From NCBI GenBank assembly GCA_019912395.1, contig JAIOIH010000050.1:52651-116650 (forward strand): a DNA stretch of 64,000 nucleotides, in the 5' to 3' direction. The DNA is from Flavobacteriales bacterium (GTDB lineage Bacteria; Bacteroidota; Bacteroidia; Flavobacteriales_F; PHOS-HE28). The position numbers were made by a program, and so were the translations under genes. Positions 56,174-64,000 of this stretch are shown piece by piece; the stretch's first letter is position 1, and the number at the start of each line of letters is the position of its first letter. Below the pieces are notes generated by a model. That model searched no databases. It was not told where the DNA came from and worked only from the letters and a program-made list of their open reading frames with translations.

Positions 56174-56611
56174 AAGATTTTAGGGAGAGTACAGAGTCAA
56201 GAATTGGATTGAGCACACAGCTGAGCGTGTGAGTGACTTGCACACATAGTGATGATCGATTAAATTCTTACTGAGGAGCGACTTGAACATTGCGATATCG
56301 GAGGCACGCCGGGCACAACGCGAGAATTCGCCATTATGACAGTTCTGTGACGAGTCGTTCTGGCAGACATATTAAGGCATTCACTAACATCTGCGACCCA
56401 GATCAAGTGCTCCGCAAGTTTTCACGTCATCCGATTGATAGCATCCCTGGCGAGTTTCAGGATGGTTGCCTCGCCCAAATATTCAGTTATCCACGATAGA
56501 TCTAACCTGACACACAGTTTTGCTGGAGTTGATCGGCATGCCACTTGGTAGTGCTGAAAAAACCGCATCGCTCACTCAGATCCCTGCGGCATTCCACCAA
56601 ATGCAAAACGC

Positions 56612-57007
56612 ATGGACCCATATTCTACGCTTGAAGTACCGCACACCGCGACCATAGAAGAGATCAAGAAGGCCTACCGACGGTTGGCCAAGAAGTGGCA
56701 TCCTGACAAGTACAACGGGAACCTCGACGCAGCGGAGATGTTCCGAAAGGTCAAGGCGGCCTACGACTGTCTGGTCGATCCGATTAAGCGCGAGACAGAG
56801 GACCTGAAGTGTAAGCAAAGGGAACAGGCCAAAGCGGCTAAGAAAGCCGAGCGCCAAGCAGGACAATGGGCCAGCGCTCAGTCCACGTCAAATACGGCAG
56901 GCATTAGCCTGCAGGCAATCGGACTTATAGTCATTGCCCTTATCGTTTTCCTCGCGGCGTTGTTCGGGAGCGATGAGCGCACTTCCCATCCATCAGCAAC
57001 TGCATAA
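56612..57007 (+). CDS. membrane-anchored J-domain (DnaJ-like) protein
   Basis: DPYSTLEVPHTATIEEIKKAYRRLAKKWHPDKY contains the HPD tripeptide. A charged linker is followed by a C-terminal TM helix (LQAIGLIVIALIVFLAALF). Confidence 0.8.
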   Translation: MDPYSTLEVPHTATIEEIKKAYRRLAKKWHPDKYNGNLDAAEMFRKVKAAYDCLVDPIKRETEDLKCKQREQAKAAKKAERQAGQWASAQSTSNTAGISLQAIGLIVIALIVFLAALFGSDERTSHPSATA

Positions 57008-57050
57008 CCTCAATACCAAATTAAACTCTATCCAGTAATACCGAACAACC

Positions 57051-58145
57051 ATGGCAGACATTACACAAGCAACAGCAACCGAAGACACTGACACCGCGTC
57101 AAACGCACCAGACGGCGGCAGTAGCCCTGAGACTGTGCCCAACGATCTTCAGGCCCTGCGCCGAGACTTGTTGGAGGAAAAAAACCGACTTGGCTCACTG
57201 GCCAAGAAGACGGAAGCCCAGCTTGGGGAGGTCGGCGAGAGCCACAAGCAAGCGGATGAGCTCCTGAAGTCTCTCCGGGAAGCACTGGATCAAGTGAAGA
57301 CAGTCACTGGTCAGGTCGAAAAAACGACATCGAAAAGCCAGGCACTGGAAGAGAAGCTGAAGGAGCTCGAGACCAAGGCTACCTCCTTCGTGGAACAGGT
57401 AAATGGGACCGATGGCAAGGAAGGTTGGTTAGGTGCGATGGAGGGTGCCAACAAGCAGATGAAGGAATCAGCGGATTCGTTCGCAGCCCATCGCAAGGAT
57501 CTCTCCGACTTCCATGACTTGGTCATGGGAAACGAAGAACAGAAGCTGAAGGGTGCGCGTAAGGAGTTCGAAGAAATCCGGGAGCAATATCAGGCCGATC
57601 TGAAAAAGCAACAGGTGGCTTTCGAGGCCTTGACCAACAGAATTGAAGGGCTCCTTCCAGGTGCGACATCAGCGGGTCTGGCCTATGCTTCCAAAGAACA
57701 AAAGCGTGCCTACCGGCTCCCCATCTTGATATCTGCGGGAGTTGCCGTGGGGATACTTCTGACGTTGGTGATTTACGGGATCGCCACCGCGGAACCAGTC
57801 ATCAATTGGTCCGGAGCACTGCTTCACCTCATCTCCCACATTCACATTTACGGCCCGGGGATCTGGCTGGTGATCATCGCATTACGCAAGTTGAACCAGT
57901 TCACCCGTCTAGAGCAGGAGTATGCGCATAAGGAGACCTTAGCCAACACCTATGTAGGGTTCATCCGTGAAGTGGAGAAGCTGCCTGAGACCGAAGGCAG
58001 CAAGGCCATGCGCGAAGAATTGCTCAACAGCGCGATCGCCTCCAGCAGCTACAACCCAAGCACCACCCTCGATGGTGCAGGACATGATGAGCGCCCACCA
58101 GTGTTGGACAAGCTCGCCGATGTTCTCCCGACAAACAAGAAGTAA
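57051..58145 (+). CDS. coiled-coil protein with two C-terminal TM helices, unknown function
   Basis: 364 aa. The first ~210 aa are rich in E/K/L/Q heptad-like sequence. TM1 is LPILISAGVAVGILLTLVIYGIA and TM2 is GPGIWLVIIAL, followed by the conserved-looking LEQEYAHKETLANTYVGF. Starts 43 nt after the J-domain gene. Confidence 0.65.
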   Translation: MADITQATATEDTDTASNAPDGGSSPETVPNDLQALRRDLLEEKNRLGSLAKKTEAQLGEVGESHKQADELLKSLREALDQVKTVTGQVEKTTSKSQALEEKLKELETKATSFVEQVNGTDGKEGWLGAMEGANKQMKESADSFAAHRKDLSDFHDLVMGNEEQKLKGARKEFEEIREQYQADLKKQQVAFEALTNRIEGLLPGATSAGLAYASKEQKRAYRLPILISAGVAVGILLTLVIYGIATAEPVINWSGALLHLISHIHIYGPGIWLVIIALRKLNQFTRLEQEYAHKETLANTYVGFIREVEKLPETEGSKAMREELLNSAIASSSYNPSTTLDGAGHDERPPVLDKLADVLPTNKK

Positions 58146-58181
58146 GAGACGCTCGAAGTATCCTTCTCAATCACATCGCAC

Positions 58182-59999
58182 ATGTCCATCAACCATATTG
58201 GAGACAGCGAGCTTCTGACCGACCTGCTGGTCAGTGGGAACGGGTACTTCTACAAGCGCATGCAGAAAATTCCGAATCAAGCCATCGAAAAGGTGTTCAG
58301 GGACGTGGCCGCCGATAAGAAGGGATCGAAGCCACTCGTTCGAGTTGTGCGCAACACACACGTTGTAGGCAGCAAGACCATCCGCTATTCAATATGCGTC
58401 CTCAGATACCCCGACCAGCCGAGCTTTCTGAGAAAGCCACTCACTGGTTGGCATGAAACGAAGTACGCGTTCCTTCTAATCGTAGAGGTCGATGACAACG
58501 TTGCAGTTTACAAGAGGAACGCGTCCAACATGGGTGAGCTGGACGCATACATCGAACCGTTGGACTATGTCACAATCTCGCGTCTGTTCGTAGACGGCGG
58601 GACGCAGTTTGAGAAGTTCTATGTAAGCCAGCTGAGCACCGCAGAGCATGCCATTCGCAACCAGTCAATGGAGGCGAACAATCTGGCTGGTGTGATACCA
58701 CGGCTTGGAGCGCCGAAGAAGATTGTACAGAATCTGCGAGTCCTAAACGGTAGTGATCGGCGATCAATCTCCTGCAACACTTCTCGTATCAACAACTTGA
58801 GCGAGAAGAACGATCTCAACGCTTTCTTCTCTTGGGTAGTCAGCACGTTTAGCTTAATTGATGGGTTCAAGCCGAGGGCAACGTACCTAGACAATTTCTC
58901 CACACCGGTTAGCTATTCAGCTCATCGAACCAGCCTCCATCCATCATCGATCCTGATTAAGCTTGATAAGCTGAAGGATGATGTCGAGAGACAGCGCATC
59001 AGTCACATCTACCGGGTTGACGATTCAGGTGCCTTTGACAAGAACTTATCGCTTTCTGACCTGATCGAAACTGTTGAGGGCGCCTTCGAAGTTGTGCCCG
59101 ATGGCATCAAATGGAAAATCCAGCATGGGATTTACGATGACTTGGAGTTGAAGTTGTATGAGAAGTCCATGGGGATTCGATCGGCGAAGTTGAAAGCGAT
59201 TCGTTTGGATTTCGATGGAGACGAGCAGGACCTATTGGGGTATCTGAACCACAGGCATGACTTCATCGTGAACTTCTTCAACGTGGAGTTTGTCTATACA
59301 ATGCGCAAACTCTGGAAGGACCATCGACTACTAGAGGATCTGGATGGCTTCATGTCTGTTTTCTCCGGTCATGCTGAATTGGCGGGTATGAAGAGTGAGA
59401 AGGGCCTGTTCTCGATGGGGCAAAAGACCTTCGATTCCAACTCGACGTTTGGGTTTATTGTAGAGAAGCTCGCTGCGAAATCTCAGGTGCTGATCTGTGA
59501 TGACCAAGCGACGGAGTGGGCAGACTTCATTGGAATTGATAAGGACAATCTCTCCTTCTATCACGCCAAGTATGTGAGTGACCCAGGTCTTTCAGCATCT
59601 AAGCTTCATGAGGTCATCGGGCAAGCCCACAAGAACATAGGCTTTCTTGAACCGGACGATGCTGTACTGAGCAAGAGAATGTCGAAGTGGGGTGAGGTGT
59701 ATTCAAATGATGGTGTGAAGACCGCAATACCCCGACTGGTCATTCCGCCTCCTGGGGGGCATCCAAGCTTGGCTGCGTTCTATTCTACCAGCCTCGGCCG
59801 ACCCAATGTGAAGAAGAAGGTTCATCTTGTCATCACGTCTATCTCTAGGAGTCAACTCGTAAGCGCCCTTGCGCAACTCAAAGCAGGAGCATCCTTCGGT
59901 AGAAAGGCTGAGACGATTCAGATTTTGTGGTTCGTTTCTTCCCTGGCCGCCAATTGCCGCGAGTTGGGAGCTGAGCTGCACGTTCACTGCTTGCCTTGA
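58182..59999 (+). CDS. large hypothetical protein (605 aa) with possible C-terminal PD-(D/E)xK-like motif
   Basis: Starts 36 nt after the previous gene. No TM helix or signal peptide. VLICDDQATEWADFIGIDKDNLSFYHAKYV has the spacing of an E-x-(A/P)D ... h-h-h-x-x-K nuclease core, with His where D/E/Q is expected. The assignment is weak. Confidence 0.6.
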   Translation: MSINHIGDSELLTDLLVSGNGYFYKRMQKIPNQAIEKVFRDVAADKKGSKPLVRVVRNTHVVGSKTIRYSICVLRYPDQPSFLRKPLTGWHETKYAFLLIVEVDDNVAVYKRNASNMGELDAYIEPLDYVTISRLFVDGGTQFEKFYVSQLSTAEHAIRNQSMEANNLAGVIPRLGAPKKIVQNLRVLNGSDRRSISCNTSRINNLSEKNDLNAFFSWVVSTFSLIDGFKPRATYLDNFSTPVSYSAHRTSLHPSSILIKLDKLKDDVERQRISHIYRVDDSGAFDKNLSLSDLIETVEGAFEVVPDGIKWKIQHGIYDDLELKLYEKSMGIRSAKLKAIRLDFDGDEQDLLGYLNHRHDFIVNFFNVEFVYTMRKLWKDHRLLEDLDGFMSVFSGHAELAGMKSEKGLFSMGQKTFDSNSTFGFIVEKLAAKSQVLICDDQATEWADFIGIDKDNLSFYHAKYVSDPGLSASKLHEVIGQAHKNIGFLEPDDAVLSKRMSKWGEVYSNDGVKTAIPRLVIPPPGGHPSLAAFYSTSLGRPNVKKKVHLVITSISRSQLVSALAQLKAGASFGRKAETIQILWFVSSLAANCRELGAELHVHCLP

Positions 60000-60039
60000 A
60001 TACACGCTCAACGGAATAGACAGTAGCGGCAGCCCCACG

Positions 60040-60103
60040 CTCCCGCAAGTGTTCCAGCCACCCACTGATCTCCGACCCATCCCGGCTGGGTCACTTGTGG
60101 GTA
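60040..60103 (+). repeat. structured ~64-nt intergenic repeat, copy 1
   Basis: gctcccgcaagtgttccagccacccactgatctccgacccatcccggctgggtcacttgtggg. The outer arms are cccgcaagtg/cacttgtggg and the inner arms are ccagcc/ggctgg. A near-identical copy lies at 62717..62780. Confidence 0.8.
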
Positions 60104-60230
60104 GGACTCCTGATCACTCACCCCAGCGGTCCGCAAGAAGTCTTCGGACTTCATTATCCCGGCACCCCGGGCAGCATAATTCCCTGCTGCCGCGTCCATG
60201 GTTCATGTACCACAGTTCTACCTTGTCACC

Positions 60231-61427
60231 ATGAAACAACTCCTGACGCTTTTTTCCCTGCTCGCTGTTTCGGCGGTGCCCGCCCAATGGACGCAACGCA
60301 CCAGCGGTACCACGGAGGCGTTGTGGGCCGTGCAGTTCCCGGAACCCAGCACCGGCTTTGCGGTGGGGTATTACGGTACGGTGATCCGCTCGGAAGATGC
60401 GGGGCTTTCGTGGACGGTGCTGCCCTTTCCGAACCCCGGTGATCTGCGCAGCGTGTATTTCCACGATGCGCTCCACGGCTTCGTGGCCGGCGACAGTGGC
60501 CTGTACCGCACCGTGGATGGCGGGGATAGCTGGAGCACGGTGGCCACCCCGGTCCCCGGGCCGTGGCGCTGCGTCACCTTCACTACGCCGTTGACGGGCT
60601 TCTGCGCCGGGGGCGATTTCGCCGCCGGGAGCTTGCTGCGCACCGATGACGGCGGCACCACATGGGCGGCCGTGGACCTCGGCCAAGTGAACCCGCTGAG
60701 CAAGGTGTTCTTCGCGAACACGGAGGTGGGCTATGGCACCTTCTATGGCTACGAATGGTCGGTGCTGAAGACCACGGACGGCGGGGTGAACTGGAACACG
60801 CTGCCCATCCAGCCGTTGAGCGGCCTCACCAACATGGAGGGCGTGTACTTCCAGGATGCGGACACGGGCTATGCGGGCGGATGGTATCTGCCCACCTTCA
60901 TCCGCACCACGGACGGAGGTGCCACGTGGAGCGAGGTGGACCCGCAATTCAACGTGAACAGCATTGCGCTGCGCTCCCCTGCGCAAGGCATCGCCGTGGG
61001 TTGGCAAGGCTCCATCCGCCACCTGACGAACGGCACGGACTGGACCGATGAGACCTGGGGCGACGGCACGGCGGTGCTCTACGGCGTCACCTACGCCAGC
61101 GATGGCGTGGCGGTGGCGGTGGGCGAGAGCGGCCTGGTGTTGCGCTGGGCGTCCGATGGTACCGGTATCCCGCCCGTGGCGGTTGATGCCCGTTCCATCA
61201 CGCTGCGGCCGAACCCGGCCACGGACTTCATCGAACTGCAGGGTACCGCGGCGTTGCCGCAGGCCGCCACATTGGAACTGCTGGATGCATTGGGCCGGGT
61301 GGTGCAGCGGTCGCCCGTGCGCAGGCAGGCGCCGATCGATGTCTCCGGACTGCAGGCGGGACATTACAGCTGGCGCTGCGTTTCATCGGAAGGCGCGGCA
61401 GCGCAGGGCACGCTGGTGATCGAGTAG
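60231..61427 (+). CDS. BNR/Asp-box repeat (Ycf48-like) beta-propeller protein with T9SS C-terminal sorting domain
   Basis: The ORF spans 60198..61427, with a start at ATG 60231 (MKQLLTLFSLLAVSAVPAQ). Five Asp-box motifs: SEDAGLSW, TVDGGDSW, TDDGGTTW, TTDGGVNW, TTDGGATW. CTD: LRPNPATDFIELQG...GHYSWRC. Confidence 0.75.
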   Translation: MKQLLTLFSLLAVSAVPAQWTQRTSGTTEALWAVQFPEPSTGFAVGYYGTVIRSEDAGLSWTVLPFPNPGDLRSVYFHDALHGFVAGDSGLYRTVDGGDSWSTVATPVPGPWRCVTFTTPLTGFCAGGDFAAGSLLRTDDGGTTWAAVDLGQVNPLSKVFFANTEVGYGTFYGYEWSVLKTTDGGVNWNTLPIQPLSGLTNMEGVYFQDADTGYAGGWYLPTFIRTTDGGATWSEVDPQFNVNSIALRSPAQGIAVGWQGSIRHLTNGTDWTDETWGDGTAVLYGVTYASDGVAVAVGESGLVLRWASDGTGIPPVAVDARSITLRPNPATDFIELQGTAALPQAATLELLDALGRVVQRSPVRRQAPIDVSGLQAGHYSWRCVSSEGAAAQGTLVIE

Positions 61428-61546
61428 GACCGTTCCGCTCACAAGCACAGGGTCAGCTGCGCGAGACCCTGAGCGTGCCTACGCTTCGGGATCGCTTCGT
61501 GCCTCGCAATGACGGCAGGTGCGAGGGAGGAACACCCGGCGGCGGC

Positions 61547-62587
61547 TCAGGATGCGCCCCCGTTGAGCCGTCCTTTCTCGCTGAGCAGCACGGCCACCCA
61601 GCGCGTGCTGGGGATCTGGGCCATCACCAGCACCAGCACCACGGTGATGGGCACGGAGAGGAACATGCCCACGATGCCCCAGAGCCAGCCCCAGAAGGCG
61701 AGCGCCAAGAGCACCACCAGCGGGCTTACGTTGAGGGAATTGCCCATCAGGCGCGGTTCCAGCATGTTGCCCACCAGCAGCTGCACGGTGCCCACGCTGC
61801 CGAGCACCCAGAGGGCGGGCCCGAAGGAGCCGAACTGCACGGCCGCCACCAGGGCCGGGAACACCGTGGCCACCAAGGAACCCACGGTGGGGATGTAGTT
61901 GAGCAGGAAGATGAGCATGGCCCAGAAGAAGGCGAAGTCCACGCCGATGATGAGCAAAGCGATGTAGCTCACCACACCCGTCAGCAGGCTCATGCCGGTC
62001 TTCAGGGTGACGTAGTGGCTGAGCGAGGCGTCCACGCGCTCCAGCATTTCCCGCGTGCGTTCGATGCCCGCCCCGTTGTGCATGGCCAGGAGCTTTTCCC
62101 GGGCGTGCCGCTCCTCCAGCATGATGAAGGCCACATAGATGAGCACCAGGGTGCCGTTGCCCAGCAGGGAGGTGAGGGCGTTGAGCATGAGGGTGAGCAC
62201 CTTGCCCACGTCCATGCCGCGCAGGTAGATGTCCAGTTTGCGGCCCAGGTCGAAACCCGTTAGTTGCTCCACTTGGGCGCGCATGGCCGAGAGGTTCTGC
62301 TCGTAGTGCGGCAACACGCCCGCCACGTTGTTGATGTTGGAGATGAGCAGGCTGAGGAAGAGGGAGAGCACCCCCGCAATGGAGGCGAACGCCAAGGTGC
62401 CGCGCAGCCAGCGGGGGAGCACCCTGCCGTTGATGGTGATGCGCTTGATCCGCACCTGCACCAAGCGGATCATGTACCAGACGATCAAGGCCATCACGAA
62501 GGGCAGGAGGACCGCCTGGGTGTAACTGAGGATCAGCACCGTGGCGATGATGACGAACAACCCCAGGGCAAGACGTGTGAGACCCAT
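61547..62587 (-). CDS. AI-2E family transporter (PerM/UPF0118)
   Basis: 346 aa, polytopic. FLLNYIPTVGS and GNMLEPRLMGNSLNVSPLVVLLALAFWGWLWGIVGMFLSVP are family signatures. It shares the strand with, but lies in a different frame from, the longer spurious ORF 61479..62771. Confidence 0.85.
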   Translation of the reverse strand: MGLTRLALGLFVIIATVLILSYTQAVLLPFVMALIVWYMIRLVQVRIKRITINGRVLPRWLRGTLAFASIAGVLSLFLSLLISNINNVAGVLPHYEQNLSAMRAQVEQLTGFDLGRKLDIYLRGMDVGKVLTLMLNALTSLLGNGTLVLIYVAFIMLEERHAREKLLAMHNGAGIERTREMLERVDASLSHYVTLKTGMSLLTGVVSYIALLIIGVDFAFFWAMLIFLLNYIPTVGSLVATVFPALVAAVQFGSFGPALWVLGSVGTVQLLVGNMLEPRLMGNSLNVSPLVVLLALAFWGWLWGIVGMFLSVPITVVLVLVMAQIPSTRWVAVLLSEKGRLNGGAS

Positions 62588-62716
62588 GCGGCGAAGGTAG
62601 GGGCGGCGGGATGTCGGGGATTCCGGCCACGCCTAAAGGCGCGGTCGGTCCAAAGAGGGAACCACGCTCCGATACATATCGGAGGGACACGGATACACAC
62701 GGATAAATACCCCCTG

Positions 62717-62780
62717 CTCCCGTAAGTGTTCCAGCCCCCGCAAGATCTGCGACCCATACCGGCCGGGTCACTTGCGGGTT
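62717..62780 (+). repeat. structured ~64-nt intergenic repeat, copy 2
   Basis: gctcccgtaagtgttccagcccccgcaagatctgcgacccataccggccgggtcacttgcggg. Same orientation as copy 1. The homologous spurious peptides MGRRSVGGWNTCGS and MGRRSCGGWNTYGS in the ORF track reflect the repeat. Confidence 0.8.
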
Positions 62781-63002
62781 GGCCTCCTTAACGTGAGGTG
62801 GTCGACCCGTTCATGACAGATCCACATCCGTGACTGCTCTTGTCGGATCCCAGGTTTTATCCTTCATCAAACGGAGCAGGGCTTGGATGATGTAAGCACG
62901 AGCGTGCTCCGATATACATCGGAGGCTCGCGCTAGGATGTGGTCGCCTCCACAAATGAACAACGCCGCGTCCGTACCTTCGGTGTACCCAAACCCCCGCC
63001 CC

Positions 63003-63998
63003 ATGGTCCGCGCCTTGAACCTCCTCCTTGCCGCTGGTGCGCTCGTGGTCGCCGGTGCGGCCATCGCCCAGCCCTTTACCGCTCCGTGCCCGGCGCCCGA
63101 TAGCGTGCTGACCATGTACCGCGACGATGCCGACCGGCTCGCCTTGGCGCGGACCTACCGCAACGGCACGCCGTGGGCCGATTCCATTTCCATCGATCCG
63201 GCATGGTCCGCCACCGCCATGAACGCCTTGGTGGCCATGTACAATTCGGCGCTGCCCGCCAGGGATACCGTGGTGGCGATGCTCGATATACACGTCTTCC
63301 CCGCCGTGCCCCTGCGTGCCTTCTACGTCAATGCCGATTCCACCCTGCCGTGGATGCAGCAGTTGCACCAGGGCAACATCCCCACCGGCAACCCGGCCAT
63401 CGACCAGCTGCTGTCCGCATACGCGATCACCTTGACGGACTACCACACCTTCACCTGGCTGAACGGCAGCCACCTCGCGGTGTTCAGCACGGGGGCCAAC
63501 GTGAACCTGCCGCCCTTGTGCGCCCTGTTCGCCGCACAGCCCGGCGTACACTACGCCGAGCCCAATGGCGGTTGCTGCGATGGCAACACCATCACCGATT
63601 CGGTGCATACCGATCACGTGAACATCGTCTACTCGCACGGCTGGGGCGATTGTCCGGCCGGCTGCACCGCCCGGCGGTTCTGGGAGTTCAACGTGTATCC
63701 CGATTGCTCCGTGGAATATGTGGGGAGCCATGGCACCCCGTTGTACACGATCAACTCCATCGCGGAGCCTCCGTTGCCGTTGCTTTCCATCTTCCCCAAC
63801 CCCGCGCAGGACGTGCTTTGGGTCCGGGGAGCGGGCGGCTCCCGCACCGCCCTGGTCCATGCCGCGGACGGACGACTGGTGAGCCGCCAGCGGATCACCG
63901 GTGCGGCGATCGACATCGGGCAGCTGCCCGCGGGCCTGTACGTGCTGCGCTTGGAGGGAGGGCCCGCGTTCGCGCCGGTGCCGTTCGTGAAGCAGTAG
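63003..63998 (+). CDS. hypothetical secreted protein with T9SS C-terminal sorting domain
   Basis: The ORF spans 62883..63998, with a probable start at ATG 63003 (MVRALNLLLAAGALVVAGAAIAQ). CTD: SIFPNPAQDVLWVRG...GLYVLRL. Confidence 0.7.
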   Translation: MVRALNLLLAAGALVVAGAAIAQPFTAPCPAPDSVLTMYRDDADRLALARTYRNGTPWADSISIDPAWSATAMNALVAMYNSALPARDTVVAMLDIHVFPAVPLRAFYVNADSTLPWMQQLHQGNIPTGNPAIDQLLSAYAITLTDYHTFTWLNGSHLAVFSTGANVNLPPLCALFAAQPGVHYAEPNGGCCDGNTITDSVHTDHVNIVYSHGWGDCPAGCTARRFWEFNVYPDCSVEYVGSHGTPLYTINSIAEPPLPLLSIFPNPAQDVLWVRGAGGSRTALVHAADGRLVSRQRITGAAIDIGQLPAGLYVLRLEGGPAFAPVPFVKQ

Positions 63999-64000
63999 CG

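Noticed and set aside
56190-56530. Reverse-strand peptide fragments (e.g. ...WITEYLGEATILKLARDAINRMT* followed out of frame by KLAEHLIWVADVSECLN...) and the + strand ORF 56290..56499
   Set aside because: This could be a decayed gene in the spacer between the REase gene and the J-domain cassette. However, the frames are broken by stops and nothing matches a family I recognise, so no call was made.
53354-60103. Mobile-element hallmarks for the low-GC island (integrase, transposase, tRNA target, flanking direct repeats)
   Set aside because: I looked for these on both strands and found none. The island is therefore reported as a compositional/insertional anomaly and not annotated as a mobile_element.
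60114-63860. ORFs 60114..61364 (-), 61475..62263 (+), 61479..62771 (-) and 62811..63860 (-)
   Set aside because: Each overlaps a gene with clear family features (Asp-box propeller with T9SS CTD, AI-2E transporter, T9SS cargo). They have an Arg/Gly/His/Pro-rich composition. 61479..62771 shares the strand with the AI-2E gene but is out of frame with it.
1-64000. tRNA, rRNA, tmRNA or riboswitch genes in the intergenic regions
   Set aside because: No cloverleaf-compatible segments (e.g. a GTTCGAATC-type T-loop) or known riboswitch cores were seen by eye in any gap longer than 100 nt. A covariance-model scan would be needed to be definitive.

Overview
This is a 64-kb segment of a high-GC chromosome. 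Sampled 60-nt lines give about 65-70% GC by hand count; GC was not computed genome-wide. Seven predicted proteins end in T9SS-type C-terminal sorting domains, which points to Bacteroidota. I call about 55 protein-coding genes and found no rRNA, tRNA, CRISPR array, integrase or transposase.

Gene content:
- Two paralogous TPR/class III adenylate cyclase genes bracket a translationally coupled operon of three T9SS cargo genes (ASST-like, CotH kinase-like with a lamin-tail domain, Reg_prop propeller).
- Three paralogous tandem universal stress protein genes are scattered through the window.
- An ECF sigma / anti-sigma pair precedes a run of about 10 same-strand genes, six junctions of which overlap: OB-fold, YceI, DinB-like, NRDE, LRAT-like, redoxin, MMPL transporter, Rieske-GltS-like oxidoreductase.
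- A lower-GC doxX-poxB-SnoaL block is flanked by gene remnants.
- Housekeeping and stress genes include patatin, osmC, ADH, AraC, MgtC/DUF4010, an APC permease and an AI-2E transporter.

Two loci look most like undescribed systems:
1. 14952..17042 holds a DUF2652 (nucleotidyl-cyclase-like) plus SRPBCC protein. It is translationally coupled to an 83-aa Lys-rich protein and followed by a stand-alone PycTM-like (DUF5706) membrane protein. This could be a non-canonical cyclase/effector module.
2. About 53354..60000 is a low-GC island (about 43% in a sampled line) that truncates an HNH-endonuclease gene. It carries a Dcm + HNH type II R-M pair and an unassigned three-gene cassette: a membrane-anchored J-domain protein, a coiled-coil 2-TM protein, and a 605-aa protein with a possible PD-(D/E)xK-like motif.

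Other notable non-coding structure:
- A 14-copy, 21-bp dyad-symmetric tandem array lies next to a solo LuxR-type regulator.
- A double-hairpin REP-like element occupies four consecutive intergenic regions.
- A perfect 26-bp inverted repeat sits within a cluster of three hairpins.

All family assignments come from motif recognition by eye. No database search was run.
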